A DNA stretch of 64,000 nt from an uncultured beta proteobacterium (GCA_963792855.1 CAWBXZ010000005.1:366492-430491); one strand, 5' to 3'. Positions 20,857 to 32,038 are shown, counted from the first letter of the stretch. Program-made: numbers and translations. Notes: generated from the sequence alone by a model not told the origin.

Positions 20857-22203
20857 ATGCTTGAAACGCTCACAGGCCGGTTCGCCGGCATTGTCAAATC
20901 GCTCAGGGGTCAGGCGCGCCTGACCGATGCCAACGTCAAGGACACGCTGCGTGAGGTGCGCGTTGCACTTCTGGAAGCAGACGTCGCATTGCCGGTCGTA
21001 AAGGAGTTTATCGATCGGGTCAGGGAAAAAGCGATTGGCGAGTCGGTTCTTGGCAGTCTGACGCCGGGACAGGCGTTCGTCGGCGTCGTGCGCGAGGAAC
21101 TGACGGCACTGATGGGCGCACACAACGATGCGCTCGAGTTGGCGGTGCGTCCCCCCGCAGTCATCTTGATGGCAGGCCTCCAGGGGTCCGGAAAGACCAC
21201 GACCAGCGGCAAGCTCGCGCGCTTGCTCACCGAGCAGAAGAAGAAGGTGCTGTTGGCCAGTTGCGACGTCTACCGGCCTGCTGCCATGGAGCAGCTCAAG
21301 ACTCTGGCGGAACAGATCGGCGTCGAATACTTTCCGGCTGATCCCGGGTCCAGGCCCCAGGCGATTGCGGCATCGGCGCTCGATCATGCCAGGCGCCATT
21401 TCCACGATGTGCTGATTGTCGACACGGCGGGCCGGTTGGCAATCGATCAGGAAATGATGGAAGAAATACGGGTTCTGCACCAGACGCTCGCTCCGAGCGA
21501 AACCCTCTTTGTGGTTGACGCCATGCAGGGCCAGGATGCGGTCAATGTCGCGAAAGCCTTCGGGGAGGCCTTGCCGCTGACCGGAGTGGTTCTGACCAAA
21601 ATGGACGGCGACGCCCGGGGAGGAGCCGCGCTGTCGGTGCGTCACGTCACCGGGAAGCCGATCAAGTTTGTCGGCACCGGCGAAAAACTGTCGGGACTGG
21701 AGCCGTTCTATCCTGATCGCGTAGCCGAGCGCATTCTCGGCATGGGCGACGTGCTTTCGCTGGTTGATGACGCGCGGCGTAACGTCGATATCGCCGAAGC
21801 GGAGAAGCTTGCACGCAAGGTCAAGTCGGGGAAAGGCTTCGACCTGGAGGATTTTCGCGGACAGATGCTGCAGATGAAGAATATGGGCGGCATGGGCGCC
21901 ATCATCGACAAGCTGCCAGCGCAATTCGCGCAGGCAGCCCAGGGTGCATCGATGGATGAGCGTGTGATCGGCCGTACCATCGGCATCATCGACTCGATGA
22001 CACGGCGTGAACGCGCCAAACCGGAGATCATCAAAGCTTCGCGCAAGCGGCGCATCGCCAGCGGGTCCGGCGTCAGCGTTCAGGAGGTCAATCGGCTGCT
22101 CTCGCAGTTCGCCCAGATGCAAAAGATGATGAAAATGATGGGCAAAGGCGGTTTGCAGAAAATGATGCGTGGCGCCCGCGGCATGTTTCCTGGGCGTGGC
22201 TAG
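20857..22203 (+). CDS. ffh: signal recognition particle protein Ffh
   Basis: Begins MLETLTGRFAGIVKSLRG. GTPase motifs GLQGSGKTTT, DTAGR and TKMDGDARGG, with a Met-rich C-terminal M domain. The ORF-track start at 20794 is an upstream extension. Confidence 0.96.
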   Translation: MLETLTGRFAGIVKSLRGQARLTDANVKDTLREVRVALLEADVALPVVKEFIDRVREKAIGESVLGSLTPGQAFVGVVREELTALMGAHNDALELAVRPPAVILMAGLQGSGKTTTSGKLARLLTEQKKKVLLASCDVYRPAAMEQLKTLAEQIGVEYFPADPGSRPQAIAASALDHARRHFHDVLIVDTAGRLAIDQEMMEEIRVLHQTLAPSETLFVVDAMQGQDAVNVAKAFGEALPLTGVVLTKMDGDARGGAALSVRHVTGKPIKFVGTGEKLSGLEPFYPDRVAERILGMGDVLSLVDDARRNVDIAEAEKLARKVKSGKGFDLEDFRGQMLQMKNMGGMGAIIDKLPAQFAQAAQGASMDERVIGRTIGIIDSMTRRERAKPEIIKASRKRRIASGSGVSVQEVNRLLSQFAQMQKMMKMMGKGGLQKMMRGARGMFPGRG

Positions 22204-22333
22204 GCTGCCTGTCGAACCCGCCTCGCTGGCGATGCCAGTGACCCTGATAACCGCTTCATCCACAAGCCTTCTGGAACGTTGAATCGTCTGTTCGGTCGTA
22301 ACCTCGCGTCACTTTGAGATTTTTTGTCCGCAT

Positions 22334-23194
22334 TTGCTTGCGAGAATGCGAGTTTGGAGACAGTTTGCAATGATCATTCGCTTATTGATGTCGGGATTGC
22401 GCGTTCCGGCGCTAATTCTTCCCCTGTTGCTCGTGTGTTCCGTGCTACCCGGTTTCGTGTCCCCGGTGCTTGCCATCGATCTGGACTACGAGCGGGAGAA
22501 TCGCTGGGCCGAACAGGTACTGCCATCCATCCTTGTTGGGGATCCGCTGTGGATTGAACAGCCCAACGGGCACAAGTTTCTGGCCATCTATACGGAAGCA
22601 GAGAATCCGCGTGGCGCGATTATCGTCGGGCACGGCCGCGGCTGGAATCCGGATTTCGAACTCTATGGCACCCTGCGCATGAAACTGGCCGACCAGGGTT
22701 ACAGCACCCTCGCCATACAGTTGCCGGTACTTGGCCCGGGAGCAAAGGTCGGTGACTACATACCGACTTATGAGGATGCCTCGGAGCGCTACGATCTTTC
22801 AGCCAGGTTCCTGAATGAGAAAGGTTTTGACGATATCGCCATTGTTTCGCACAGCCTCGGCGCGACGATGGCCAACCAATACCTCATTGCAGCCGACGAA
22901 ACACTCGTGAAGGCGTGGGTATTTATAAGTATTATCAATGGGTTACAGGAGATGTTCCGGATCAAGATCCCGGTCATGGACGTCTACGGGAGCGAGGACT
23001 GGGTGATCACCCAGGTCGGCGGCTACGAGCGCAAGCAACAGATCATGAAGGTGCCTGGTTCCAGACAGGTGGTACTCCAAGACGCCCCGCATTTCTTTGA
23101 AGGCAAGGAAGACGAATTGACGCAAGCGATAGTGGACTTTCTCGATTCGGTTTTCCACGGCGGGGGGCACGCTGCCGAAAGCGGCACCCCTTAG
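22334..23194 (+). CDS. secreted alpha/beta hydrolase-fold protein (DUF3530-like)
   Basis: Signal peptide, nucleophile-elbow-like VSHSLGA and a late His (DAPHFF). The start may be at 22370. Confidence 0.6.
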   Translation: MLARMRVWRQFAMIIRLLMSGLRVPALILPLLLVCSVLPGFVSPVLAIDLDYERENRWAEQVLPSILVGDPLWIEQPNGHKFLAIYTEAENPRGAIIVGHGRGWNPDFELYGTLRMKLADQGYSTLAIQLPVLGPGAKVGDYIPTYEDASERYDLSARFLNEKGFDDIAIVSHSLGATMANQYLIAADETLVKAWVFISIINGLQEMFRIKIPVMDVYGSEDWVITQVGGYERKQQIMKVPGSRQVVLQDAPHFFEGKEDELTQAIVDFLDSVFHGGGHAAESGTP

Positions 23195-23308
23195 CACTTC
23201 AGAAGAGCATAAGCGGCCTTGCGCGAGGCGGAAAAAGAGGCGTAAAATCGCGCGCTTGGCTTTTTCGGGGCCGCCGACGTCGGCAGGCCTCAAATCGGGG
23301 TGAATTCA

Positions 23309-23560
23309 ATGGTGGTTATCAGACTGGCGCGCGGTGGCGCCAAAAAGCGGCCTTTTTTCAACATGGTGGTTGCCGATTCGCGCAATGCCCGCGACGGGCG
23401 ATTTATCGAGCGGGTCGGGTTTTATGATCCCAAGGCGCCTGAAGGGCGCGAAGGGTTGCGCGTCGACATGGAGCGGCTTGCTTACTGGCAAGGTAAGGGC
23501 GCGAAGCTGTCGGATACGGCAGCGCGCCTGGTGAAGCAATTTGGCAGTAAGGCCTCCTGA
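23309..23560 (+). CDS. rpsP: 30S ribosomal protein S16
   Basis: Begins [17 protein letters not shown]...; the ATG at 23309 lies within the ORF-track GTG-started ORF. Confidence 0.95.
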   Translation: MVVIRLARGGAKKRPFFNMVVADSRNARDGRFIERVGFYDPKAPEGREGLRVDMERLAYWQGKGAKLSDTAARLVKQFGSKAS

Positions 23561-23564
23561 CGAA

Positions 23565-24053
23565 ATGATAGTGATGGGGCGCGTCAGCGCTCCATTCGGT
23601 GTCAAAGGCTGGGTCAAGGTGCAGCCTTATACGGAAAAAGTAGACAGCCTCTTCCAATATCCCAAATGGTGGCTTGCTGCATCAGGCGGATGGGATGCCA
23701 TGGAAGTGGACGAGCAGTCAGTCCACGGGGACGTGCTGCTGGTGCGTTTCGCCGGAATGGATGACCGGGAACAGGCAGCGAAGCTGAGGGGCAGGGAAGT
23801 CGCGATTCCGCGAAACCAGTTACCGGCTGCTGCGCCAGGGGAAGTTTACTGGGCGGATCTGTTCGGGTTGGCAGTAGAGAATACGCGTGGGCAGTCGCTC
23901 GGTCATGTCGAGCGCCTGTTCGAATCCGGTGCGAATCCGGTGTTGGTGGTGACTGGCGACAGGGAACGCCTGGTGCCCTTTGTGGATGCCGTGGTGAAGC
24001 AGGTCGACCTGGACGCGGGAAAACTCCTGGTGGAGTGGGAACTCGATTACTAG
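23565..24053 (+). CDS. rimM: ribosome maturation factor RimM
   Basis: Begins MIVMGRVSAPFGVKGWVKV. Conserved rpsP-rimM-trmD-rplS operon. Confidence 0.9.
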   Translation: MIVMGRVSAPFGVKGWVKVQPYTEKVDSLFQYPKWWLAASGGWDAMEVDEQSVHGDVLLVRFAGMDDREQAAKLRGREVAIPRNQLPAAAPGEVYWADLFGLAVENTRGQSLGHVERLFESGANPVLVVTGDRERLVPFVDAVVKQVDLDAGKLLVEWELDY

Positions 24054-24108
24054 CAGTTCCATCAGCAGGAGCCCGGTTATCGGAATCGCGGTTGCTAGAG
24101 GTGCCTGA

Positions 24109-24891
24109 TTGATGAAGCGCTTCGATGTGGTGACGCTGTTCCCCGGCATGTTCGATGCGCTGACGGAACACGGCATCACGCAGCGGGCGCGGGAGCGCGG
24201 GCATTTTGAACTCGTGATGTGGAATCCGCGCGAGTTTGCGGTGAATGCCTACCGTAGCGTGGACGACAGGCCATATGGTGGCGGGCCAGGCATGGTCATG
24301 CTGGTGGAACCGCTGATCAAGGCGCTTCGGGCGGCGAAGGCGCGCCAGAAGAGCTGCGGTGTGCGTCATAGCCGTGTCGTCTACCTGTCGCCGCAGGGAA
24401 GACGGCTCGATCAGGCATTGGTGGACGAATTGTCCGAAGCCGAGGGCCTGGTGCTGTTGGCGGGGCGTTACGAAGGCGTCGACGAAAGGCTCATCGAGCT
24501 GGAAATCGATGAAGAGGTCTCGATAGGAGACTATGTGGTCTCCGGGGGCGAGTTGCCGGCGATGGTGATGATTGACAGCATCGTTCGTCGCATCCCGGGC
24601 GTGTTGAACGATAATGAATCGGCGGCGCAAGAGTCGTTTGTTGATGGGATACTTGATTGCCCCCAGTACACGCGACCCGAAGTAGTTGATGGGCTGTCCG
24701 TGCCACCAGTGCTGTTGTCCGGGAACCATGAGGACATACGGCGTTGGCGGCTGAAACAGGCACTTGGAAGAACTTGGCGGCGCAGGCCCGACCTGCTCGC
24801 AGGACGACAGCTCAACGCCGAGCAGGCGATGTTGCTGAAGGAATACCAGGCCGAATACGGCAAGGCGGAAAAGACAGGAACAGGAGTGTAA
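24109..24891 (+). CDS. trmD: tRNA (guanine37-N1)-methyltransferase
   Basis: 260 aa with [21 protein letters not shown] and [15 protein letters not shown]. Confidence 0.95.
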   Translation: MMKRFDVVTLFPGMFDALTEHGITQRARERGHFELVMWNPREFAVNAYRSVDDRPYGGGPGMVMLVEPLIKALRAAKARQKSCGVRHSRVVYLSPQGRRLDQALVDELSEAEGLVLLAGRYEGVDERLIELEIDEEVSIGDYVVSGGELPAMVMIDSIVRRIPGVLNDNESAAQESFVDGILDCPQYTRPEVVDGLSVPPVLLSGNHEDIRRWRLKQALGRTWRRRPDLLAGRQLNAEQAMLLKEYQAEYGKAEKTGTGV

Positions 24892-24894
24892 AAG

Positions 24895-25335
24895 ATGAAC
24901 TTGATCGCGAAACTGGAACAGGAAGAAATTGAACGGCTAGGCAAGACTGTGCCCGACTTTTTCCCAGGCGATACCGTCGTTGTGAGCGTGAACGTTGTCG
25001 AAGGCGAGCGCACGCGCGTTCAGGCATTTGAAGGTGTGGTCATTGGAAAGCGCAACCGCGGGTTGAATTCTTCCTTCGTCGTGCGCAAGATCTCCTCCGG
25101 TGAAGGTGTGGAGCGTACTTTCCAGACCCACTCACCATTGATTGCCGGCATCGAAATCAAGCGCCGTGGCGCAGTGCGGCGCGCCAAGCTCTATTATCTT
25201 CGCGATCGCTCGGGCAAGTCAGCGCGTATTCGGGAAAAGCTCTCCATGTCCGGCAAGCGATCGCAAGCGGACAAAGCCGCGGCTGAATCGTCTGCCGATG
25301 CTGGTGGCGTGCAAGAGAATTCGGCACCTGAATAA
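24895..25335 (+). CDS. rplS: 50S ribosomal protein L19
   Basis: 146 aa with [41 protein letters not shown], plus a roughly 30-aa low-complexity C-terminal tail. Confidence 0.95.
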   Translation: MNLIAKLEQEEIERLGKTVPDFFPGDTVVVSVNVVEGERTRVQAFEGVVIGKRNRGLNSSFVVRKISSGEGVERTFQTHSPLIAGIEIKRRGAVRRAKLYYLRDRSGKSARIREKLSMSGKRSQADKAAAESSADAGGVQENSAPE

Positions 25336-25380
25336 GCAGCAGCCATGCAGGGCGCGCCGCGGTGCGCACTGCGAGACTCG

Positions 25381-25412
25381 AAAAATGGCGACCAGACGGT
25401 CGCCATTTTTTT
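25381..25412 (+). terminator. rho-independent terminator after rplS (flanked by A-run and T-run, potentially bidirectional)
   Basis: AAAAATGGCGACC-agac-GGTCGCCATTTTTTT: a perfect stem with a 4-nt loop and a T7 tract. Confidence 0.75.
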
Positions 25413-25598
25413 GTTTCCGGCCCGTTTCGATACGTGTGCTTCTTTGGTGCGAACGGTGGATCAAGGCATGCGTGGTTCTGAAAATTCGCTTGCTACAATG
25501 CGAGGGCGTGTGTGCAGGCAATCAACGTGTGACGGCATTGGTCTGACTGCGCGATTCTCTGGATGTTTCCATTGACAAAAGACGGTGAGGTCACTGGT

Positions 25599-26564
25599 AT
25601 GAGCCTGCGTAATCTTGTTACGGCTTGCGCAATTGTGCTTCTGTTTGCAGCCGGTTGCGGAGAGAAGCAGCAGATGCTGTCTATAGTTACGGGAGGCACG
25701 GGTGGCGTGTACTATCCGTTAGGCGGCGCGTTGGCCAATGTCCTGTCCGGGAAAATGCCCGGCTTCCAGGTGACGTCGGAGGTGACTGGCGGATCGGTCG
25801 ATAACCTCAAGCTGGTCGGCAGCAACCAGGCCGATATGGGGTTCGCAATGGTCGATGCCGCGTTTGACGCCTTGAACGGCCGTGATCGTTTCGACGGCAA
25901 TCCGCTGCCGATCCGCGCGCTGGCGGTGTTATACCCGAACCGGATGCATGCGGTGACGGTGCAGCAATCAGGGATTCGGGAATTGGGTGACCTGTCGGGC
26001 AAGCGCGTATCCGTCGGTTCGCCCGGCAGCGCGACCGAAGTAATGGCGATGCGCATCCTCGAAGCCTACGGTATCGACCAGTCGGTCGAGCGTGAGCGCC
26101 TGTCAGCGGTTGAGTCGGTAAATGCGCTCAAGGACGGAAAAATCCAGGCGTTCTTTTTTGCCGCGGGTATTCCCACTGCGGCAGCAACCGACCTGGCGGC
26201 GACGCCGGGATTGACCATACATCTGCTTGACCACGCCGACGCCGTGCCGAAGATGAACGCGAAATACGGCCCCCTGTATGCGCCAGGCATTATTCCGAAG
26301 GAAACCTATCCCGGGATGGTTGCTGACGCGAAGAATGTCGATGTATGGAACGTGATGTTTACCAACGCCAGCATGCCCGATGAACTGGTGCGGGAAGTTC
26401 TTGCGATCATGTTCGACAATCGTGATGCGCTCGAGCGCGTGCACAAGGACGCAAGCCAGATTCGCATCGAGAACCAGGCTCTCGGGATTTCACCGATTCC
26501 CTATCATCCCGCTGCAATAGAGTTCTATCGTGAGCGCGGCGTGACCGCAGAACATGCAAGCTGA
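25599..26564 (+). CDS. TAXI family TRAP transporter solute-binding subunit (lipoprotein)
   Basis: Begins MSLRNLVTACAIVLLFAAGCG (lipobox). Also has TGGTGGVYYPLGGA. The ORF-track start at 25563 is upstream; the RBS GGTGAGG precedes 25599. Confidence 0.85.
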   Translation: MSLRNLVTACAIVLLFAAGCGEKQQMLSIVTGGTGGVYYPLGGALANVLSGKMPGFQVTSEVTGGSVDNLKLVGSNQADMGFAMVDAAFDALNGRDRFDGNPLPIRALAVLYPNRMHAVTVQQSGIRELGDLSGKRVSVGSPGSATEVMAMRILEAYGIDQSVERERLSAVESVNALKDGKIQAFFFAAGIPTAAATDLAATPGLTIHLLDHADAVPKMNAKYGPLYAPGIIPKETYPGMVADAKNVDVWNVMFTNASMPDELVREVLAIMFDNRDALERVHKDASQIRIENQALGISPIPYHPAAIEFYRERGVTAEHAS

Positions 26565-26582
26565 TTCGAAGCCGGCTGAGCA

Positions 26583-28484
26583 ATGAGCGAAGAACAGACA
26601 AGCGCGCAACGACTTGTCGAAGAGGAAGAGGGCAGCGCCGATTCACTGCGGGGTTGGGCCCGGCACACCGTCATGGTACTGGCAATTGCCACGTCGCTGT
26701 TTCATCTTTATGCCGCCTACGAGGTGGTTTCCGCTCCGGTATTGCGCGTTGCCCACGTCTCGCTGATTCTGTCGCTTTGTTTCCTGACTTTTCCGTTCGC
26801 AGCGCGGTTTCGCGGCCGCATTGCCTGGTGGGACTGGGCGTTGATGGCGGCGAGTGTGAGTGTCGCCGTGTATCTCATCTCCGGGGGCGACGCTTTATAC
26901 GATCGCGCGACTGCGCCGAACCTTGCCGATCTTGTCATCGGCGTGATCGCCATTGCCCTTGTGCTGGAAGCAGTCCGGCGAGCGTCGGGCTGGATAATGC
27001 CCGTCGTGGTGGGCGCCTTCCTCGCCTACGCCATGCTTGGTGCCTATCTTCCCGCGCCGTGGGCGCATCGTGGTTATGACCTCGGCCGTATCGTCGGCCA
27101 CATGGTCATTACCCTTGAGGGAATCTACGGTTCGGCGGTGGATGTTGCGTCGACGCTGATCATTTTGTTCACGATTTTCGGCGCATTTCTTGCGACTTCC
27201 GGCGCAGGGCGTTTTTTCATCGATTTCTCGGTTGCGGCAATGGGGCGTTCGCGCAACGCTGCTGCGCGCAGCGTAGTGTTGTCCTCTTTCCTGCTTGGCG
27301 GTGCCTCGGGTAGTGGCGTTGCCACGACAGTGACCATCGGCTCGGTGGCGCATCCGATGCTCACCAAGGCGGGTTATCCGAAGAACGAGGCGGGAGGGTT
27401 GTTGTCCGCCGGCGGGCTGGGCGCCATTCTGTGCCCGCCGATTATGGGCGCCGCAGCGTTTCTGATTGCCGAGTTTCTCAAGATTCCATATCTTGAAGTG
27501 TTACGAATGGCGATTTTGCCGGCGTGCCTCTATTACCTTTCACTGTTCTTCATGGTGGATATCGACGGGCGTCGCTTCGGCAAAGGCACGGTAACCGCGG
27601 AATCCGCTGGCACTGTCTGGCATCACCTCGCGCAACATGGTTATTTCTTTCTGCCGCTGGTGGCCATTGTCGCGATGTTGCTTGTCGGGTTCTCGCCCAT
27701 CATGGCGGTGTTCTGGGCAATCCTTGTGGCCTACGCGGTCAGTTTTATCCGCCGCGATTCGAGGCTCAACCCGCCGCGCCTCGCCCGGGCGCTGGCTTCG
27801 GGCTCGACCGGCGTAGTCAACGTAGCGGTGACTTGTGCTGCGGCCGGAATTATTGTCGGCGTTGTTACCCTGACGGGACTGGGTCTGAAATTTTCATCCA
27901 TTGTCGTGGGTTACGCCGGAGGCAGTCTTTTTCTGACGGCTTTGTTTACCGCACTGGTCGTCTGGGTCGTGGGGCTGGCGGTGCCGGTTACCGCGTCCTA
28001 CATCATCTGCGCCGTAATCGCGGCGCCGGCGCTGATTCAGGTGGGTGTTCCCGACTATGCGGCGCACATGTTCATTTTCTATTACGCAGTCCTGTCGGAG
28101 GTCTCGCCACCAACCGCCCTCTCGCCGTTTGCCGCTGCCGCGATCACGGGGGGCAATCCGTATCGCACGACATTGCAGTCATGGAAGTACACTCTTCCCG
28201 CGTTCATCGTACCGTTCATGCTCGTGCTAAACCCCGCCGGAACCGGGCTGCTGCTCAAAGGCGAGCCTGCCTCAATCGCGTTGACGGTTATTACGGCGGT
28301 TGTGGGGATTCTTGGTCTTGCTGCCGGCGCCCAGAACTGGCTGCGTCAGGAAACGCAGTTGCATGAGCGCATTATGTTGGTCGCGGGCGGATTGTTGTTG
28401 ACCTATCCTGCGGTGTCGACGGACTTCGCCGGATTTGTCATCATGGCCATCGGGGGAGGCTTGCATTGGTTGCGTACACGATGA
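26583..28484 (+). CDS. TRAP transporter fused 4TM/12TM permease
   Basis: 633-aa polytopic membrane protein immediately after the TAXI receptor. Confidence 0.85.
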   Translation: MSEEQTSAQRLVEEEEGSADSLRGWARHTVMVLAIATSLFHLYAAYEVVSAPVLRVAHVSLILSLCFLTFPFAARFRGRIAWWDWALMAASVSVAVYLISGGDALYDRATAPNLADLVIGVIAIALVLEAVRRASGWIMPVVVGAFLAYAMLGAYLPAPWAHRGYDLGRIVGHMVITLEGIYGSAVDVASTLIILFTIFGAFLATSGAGRFFIDFSVAAMGRSRNAAARSVVLSSFLLGGASGSGVATTVTIGSVAHPMLTKAGYPKNEAGGLLSAGGLGAILCPPIMGAAAFLIAEFLKIPYLEVLRMAILPACLYYLSLFFMVDIDGRRFGKGTVTAESAGTVWHHLAQHGYFFLPLVAIVAMLLVGFSPIMAVFWAILVAYAVSFIRRDSRLNPPRLARALASGSTGVVNVAVTCAAAGIIVGVVTLTGLGLKFSSIVVGYAGGSLFLTALFTALVVWVVGLAVPVTASYIICAVIAAPALIQVGVPDYAAHMFIFYYAVLSEVSPPTALSPFAAAAITGGNPYRTTLQSWKYTLPAFIVPFMLVLNPAGTGLLLKGEPASIALTVITAVVGILGLAAGAQNWLRQETQLHERIMLVAGGLLLTYPAVSTDFAGFVIMAIGGGLHWLRTR

Positions 28485-28990
28485 CGCCGCATGAATCGAT
28501 TGCACGTTTCGACGCTGCACGTTTCGACGCCCTGCACCGGACGCCCTTTGCCGTGCTTGGCATCAGGACGGACGGCGATTCGGTAACCGGGATCGACTAC
28601 CTGCCGGCGGGCGTCGGGACGCGTGAAGCCGAAAGTGCGCTGGCTCGCGAAGTTGTCCATCAGGTCGATTGCTATCTTGCCGATCCGACATTCCGGTTCG
28701 ACCTTCCGCTGAAAATTGACGGCAGCGAATTCCGGAAACGGGTTTGGGAAGTCATGCGCACGATCCCCGTCGGTAAGACACTGACTTACGGCGACGTTGC
28801 GAAGCGGCTTGACTCCGCAGCGCGCGCGGTCGGGGTCGCTTGCGGGGACAACAGAATTCCTCTCATTATTCCCTGTCACCGCATTGTTGCGCGAAATGGC
28901 ATTGGCGGGTTTATGCACGCCACCGGCGAACGGGAATTGAACATCAAACGCTGGCTGCTTGCGCACGAAAGAAGCGCGGGCCACGGTTAA
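28481..28990 (+). CDS. ogt: methylated-DNA--protein-cysteine methyltransferase family protein
   Basis: ATGA overlap with the permease stop. Active-site motif IPCHRIV, and TYGDVA upstream of it. Confidence 0.8.
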   Translation: MTPHESIARFDAARFDALHRTPFAVLGIRTDGDSVTGIDYLPAGVGTREAESALAREVVHQVDCYLADPTFRFDLPLKIDGSEFRKRVWEVMRTIPVGKTLTYGDVAKRLDSAARAVGVACGDNRIPLIIPCHRIVARNGIGGFMHATGERELNIKRWLLAHERSAGHG

Positions 28991-29000
28991 CGTTCAAAGC

Positions 29001-29897
29001 ATGAGTAACAACGCCGAGTTGCTGGACGAGTTTTGCGATGCGCTGTGGCTGGAGGACGGCCTTTCGCGTAACTCGCTTGACAGCTACCACCGTGATTTAC
29101 GAATCTTTTCGGAGTGGCTCGGCGAGTCGAGGCAGAAGTCGCTGCTGGAAGCCGGGCGCAGTGATTTGCTGGCGTATCTCGCGGCGCGTTTCAAGAACAG
29201 CATCAAACCGCGCTCCGCAGCGCGTTTGCTGTCCAGTCTCAAGCGTTTCTATCGCTATTTGCATCGCGAAGGGCGAATCAGCGTTGATCCGAGCCTCGAG
29301 ATCGAGGCGCCCAAATTGCCGCGAAGCCTGCCCGGGGTATTGACCGAGGACGATGTCCAGTCACTTATCCTCGCACCCGACATTCACACCGCGCGCGGTT
29401 TGCGCGACAGGGCGATGCTTGAGACGCTCTACGCGAGCGGCCTGCGCGTGTCCGAACTGGTGTCTCTGACGATTGGCCAGCTTAATCGTGATGCCGGGGT
29501 ATTGCGCGTTCTGGGCAAGGGGTCCAAGGAGCGCCTGGTGCCGGTGGGAGAGGAGGCGCTTGACTGGATTCGGCGCTATGTGGCGGAGGCAAGACCGATG
29601 CTTCTGGGGGCGCGCACCAGCGACGCACTGTTTGTAACAGCGCGTGCCCAGCGCATGACGCGGCAGGCTTTCTGGAATCTGATCAAGCGCTACGCCGAGG
29701 CCTCGGGCATTCGCAAAAAGGTTTCACCGCATACCCTGCGCCATGCCTTCGCAACGCACCTGCTCAATCACGGTGCCGACTTGCGCGTAGTGCAGATGCT
29801 GCTCGGGCATACGGACATCTCGACGACGCAGATTTACACGCACGTTGCGCGTGAGCGTCTCAAGGAATTGCACGCCCGGCATCATCCGCGCGGCTAA
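29001..29897 (+). CDS. xerD: site-specific tyrosine recombinase XerD
   Basis: Begins MSNNAELLDEFCDALWLEDGLSRNSLDSY. C-terminal HTLRHAFATHLL ... LLGHTDISTTQIYTHV. Confidence 0.9.
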   Translation: MSNNAELLDEFCDALWLEDGLSRNSLDSYHRDLRIFSEWLGESRQKSLLEAGRSDLLAYLAARFKNSIKPRSAARLLSSLKRFYRYLHREGRISVDPSLEIEAPKLPRSLPGVLTEDDVQSLILAPDIHTARGLRDRAMLETLYASGLRVSELVSLTIGQLNRDAGVLRVLGKGSKERLVPVGEEALDWIRRYVAEARPMLLGARTSDALFVTARAQRMTRQAFWNLIKRYAEASGIRKKVSPHTLRHAFATHLLNHGADLRVVQMLLGHTDISTTQIYTHVARERLKELHARHHPRG

Positions 29898-29906
29898 AGG
29901 AGTCCG

Positions 29907-30557
29907 ATGCTTTCAAGCCTTGTTTTCATCCTCGCCGGTTATCTGATCGGCTCGATCTCGTTCGCGGTGGTCGTTAGCCGTGCGATGGGTTTGCCCAGCC
30001 CGCATGACTATGGATCAGGCAACCCCGGTGCAACGAACGTCTTGCGCACCGGCAACAAGAAGGCGGCGATCCTTACTTTGTTGGGCGACGCGCTAAAGGG
30101 CGGGTTCGCGCTATGGCTTGCCCAGCGCGTGGGCATGACGATGGGCGATGCGTCTCATCAGATCGGGGACTTTACGCTCGCGGGTGTGGCGCTCGCCGCT
30201 TTTCTTGGCCACTTGTACCCGGTTTTCTTCGGCTTTCGCGGCGGCAAGGGTGTCGCCACCGCAGCCGGGATTCTGGTCGTCATGAATGCGGCGATGGGCG
30301 CCGTCGTTCTCGGTGTGTGGCTCTTGGTCGCCCTTGTGACGCGTTATTCCTCGCTGGCAGCAATTACCGCGGCACTGGTAGCCCCTGTTGCGGCATTGGT
30401 TACGTTCGGACAATCGTGGTTTACGCTGGCGGTGTTGTGTATGGCGGCACTGCTGGTCTGGCGTCACCGCGGCAACATTGCCAAGCTGCTGGCTGGCACG
30501 GAAAGCCGTATCAGGCTGAAGCGCAGAGGTGTCGACTCATTGCCCGATGGTCGCTAG
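29907..30557 (+). CDS. plsY: glycerol-3-phosphate 1-O-acyltransferase PlsY
   Basis: 216-aa membrane protein with [12 protein letters not shown] and [12 protein letters not shown]. Confidence 0.9.
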   Translation: MLSSLVFILAGYLIGSISFAVVVSRAMGLPSPHDYGSGNPGATNVLRTGNKKAAILTLLGDALKGGFALWLAQRVGMTMGDASHQIGDFTLAGVALAAFLGHLYPVFFGFRGGKGVATAAGILVVMNAAMGAVVLGVWLLVALVTRYSSLAAITAALVAPVAALVTFGQSWFTLAVLCMAALLVWRHRGNIAKLLAGTESRIRLKRRGVDSLPDGR

Positions 30558-31571
30558 CGAGCCGAGCTCCCAGCGCGGGCGCACATTGAAGGGCAACGCG
30601 CCGCGCGATCCCTGCCCAATTCGCATCGCGCCCGCAAATGCGATCATGGCGCCATTGTCGGTGCACAGTTCTACTGGCGGATAAAAGACCCGGAATCCGG
30701 CTTTTTCCCCGGCCAGATCGATGCACTCGCGCAGTCGCCGGTTGGCGCCGACGCCGCCGGCCACCACCAATTGCGACATGCCGGTTTGCGTAATTGCCCG
30801 CGCGCACCTGGCCACCAGGACGTCGACGATTGCCTCCTGGAAGCCGGCTGCTATATCGGCCTTGTCTCGCGCGCTCACTTGCGTGGCGTCCTCGCCAAGT
30901 TGCTCGGTCAAGGTCAATACGGCCGTCTTCAGTCCGCTGAAACTGAAATCCAGATTGTCCTGGTCCAGCATCGGGCGCGGCAGTCTGAAACGCCCGGAGT
31001 CACCGGTCTCGGCAAGTTGCGCCAGTGCCGGACCACCAGGATAGGGCAGCCCCAACAGCTTGGCGGTCTTGTCGAAGGCTTCGCCGGCTGCATCGTCGCG
31101 TGTTTCTCCCAGCAGTTGGTAGCGACCCGGCCCTTTGACTGCCATCAATTGGGTATGGCCACCGGAAACCAGCAAGGCCACGAAGGGGAACTGGGGCGCC
31201 GGCTCGGCCAGCAAGGGAGAGAGCAGGTGGGCTTCCAGATGGTGAATGCCCACTACCGGCACAGTCAAGGCGTAACCGAGTGCCGCCCCCACAGAGGCGC
31301 CTACGAGCAGGGCGCCGGCAAGACCCGGACCTTCGGTATAGGCAATGCCTTCGATGTCACGGACGGTGTAACCATGCTCCTGCAGCAGGGACTTGATCAT
31401 TGGCAGCAGGCGCCGGACATGATCCCGCGAGGCCAGTTCCGGCACGACTCCGCCATACTCGGCGTGCAGTGCTATCTGGGAATGGACGCGGTGCCCGAGC
31501 AGGCCGGAAACGGTGTCATAGAGCGCGACGCCGGTTTCGTCGCACGAGCTTTCGATCCCCAATATCAACAT
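30537..31571 (-). CDS. tsaD: tRNA N6-adenosine threonylcarbamoyltransferase TsaD
   Basis: Begins [19 protein letters not shown], with [10 protein letters not shown]. Divergent from rpsU as in E. coli. Confidence 0.95.
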   Translation of the reverse strand: MLILGIESSCDETGVALYDTVSGLLGHRVHSQIALHAEYGGVVPELASRDHVRRLLPMIKSLLQEHGYTVRDIEGIAYTEGPGLAGALLVGASVGAALGYALTVPVVGIHHLEAHLLSPLLAEPAPQFPFVALLVSGGHTQLMAVKGPGRYQLLGETRDDAAGEAFDKTAKLLGLPYPGGPALAQLAETGDSGRFRLPRPMLDQDNLDFSFSGLKTAVLTLTEQLGEDATQVSARDKADIAAGFQEAIVDVLVARCARAITQTGMSQLVVAGGVGANRRLRECIDLAGEKAGFRVFYPPVELCTDNGAMIAFAGAMRIGQGSRGALPFNVRPRWELGSLATIGQ

Positions 31572-31683
31572 CGCTTGAGATTACCGTGGATTTGGCTGCT
31601 TTGGTTTGCAAATCAGTCGATTATTGTTAGAATGCGCGCCTTTCGCCAAAACCGGGCACAAGCGCGGAGAAACCTGAATATCT

Positions 31684-31896
31684 ATGCCGACCATTCGAGT
31701 CAAGGAAAATGAGCCGTTTGAAGTCGCTTTGCGGCGTTTCAAGCGTACTGTAGAGAAGACCGGGCTGCTGACCGAGTTGCGCGCTCGCGAGTTCTACGAG
31801 AAGCCGACCACAGAACGCAAGCGCAAGCTCGCGGCTGCCGTCAAGCGCCACCACAAACGCCTTCGCAGCCAGGTATTGCCGCCAAGAATGTATTAG
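31684..31896 (+). CDS. rpsU: 30S ribosomal protein S21
   Basis: Begins [21 protein letters not shown]...; 70 aa. Confidence 0.95.
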   Translation: MPTIRVKENEPFEVALRRFKRTVEKTGLLTELRAREFYEKPTTERKRKLAAAVKRHHKRLRSQVLPPRMY

Positions 31897-31924
31897 AAGC
31901 GGTCAAAGCGCGCAGTACATCGGA

Positions 31925-31958
31925 CGGTGAGTGGCGAGCGGCCATTCACCGTTTTTTC
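31925..31958 (+). terminator. rho-independent terminator/attenuator after rpsU
   Basis: CGGTGAGTGGC-gagcg-GCCATTCACCG (11-bp stem with one G-U pair) followed by TTTTTT. Confidence 0.7.
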
Positions 31959-32038
31959 GTTTTCAGGAACCAGCTTGGCACGTCGGCGTTTTTTGGCAGG
32001 AATGCGTGAGTGGCGCAGGCCAGCAACAAGGGGGCGAT

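Noticed and set aside
20818-22263. Long antisense ORFs (for example 481 aa opposite ffh, 478 aa at 60173..61609, 403 aa at 58345..59556, 317 aa at 10254..11207 and 371 aa at 23614..24729)
   Set aside because: They lie opposite genes with unmistakable conserved motifs. Their sequences are Arg/Pro/His-rich and low in complexity, typical of GC-rich antisense frames, and they carry no recognisable motifs.
25246-25335. C-terminal extension of about 30 aa on ribosomal protein L19
   Set aside because: It is a low-complexity Ala/Ser/Lys/Glu tail. L19 length varies among proteobacteria, and nothing suggests a fusion or a separate function.
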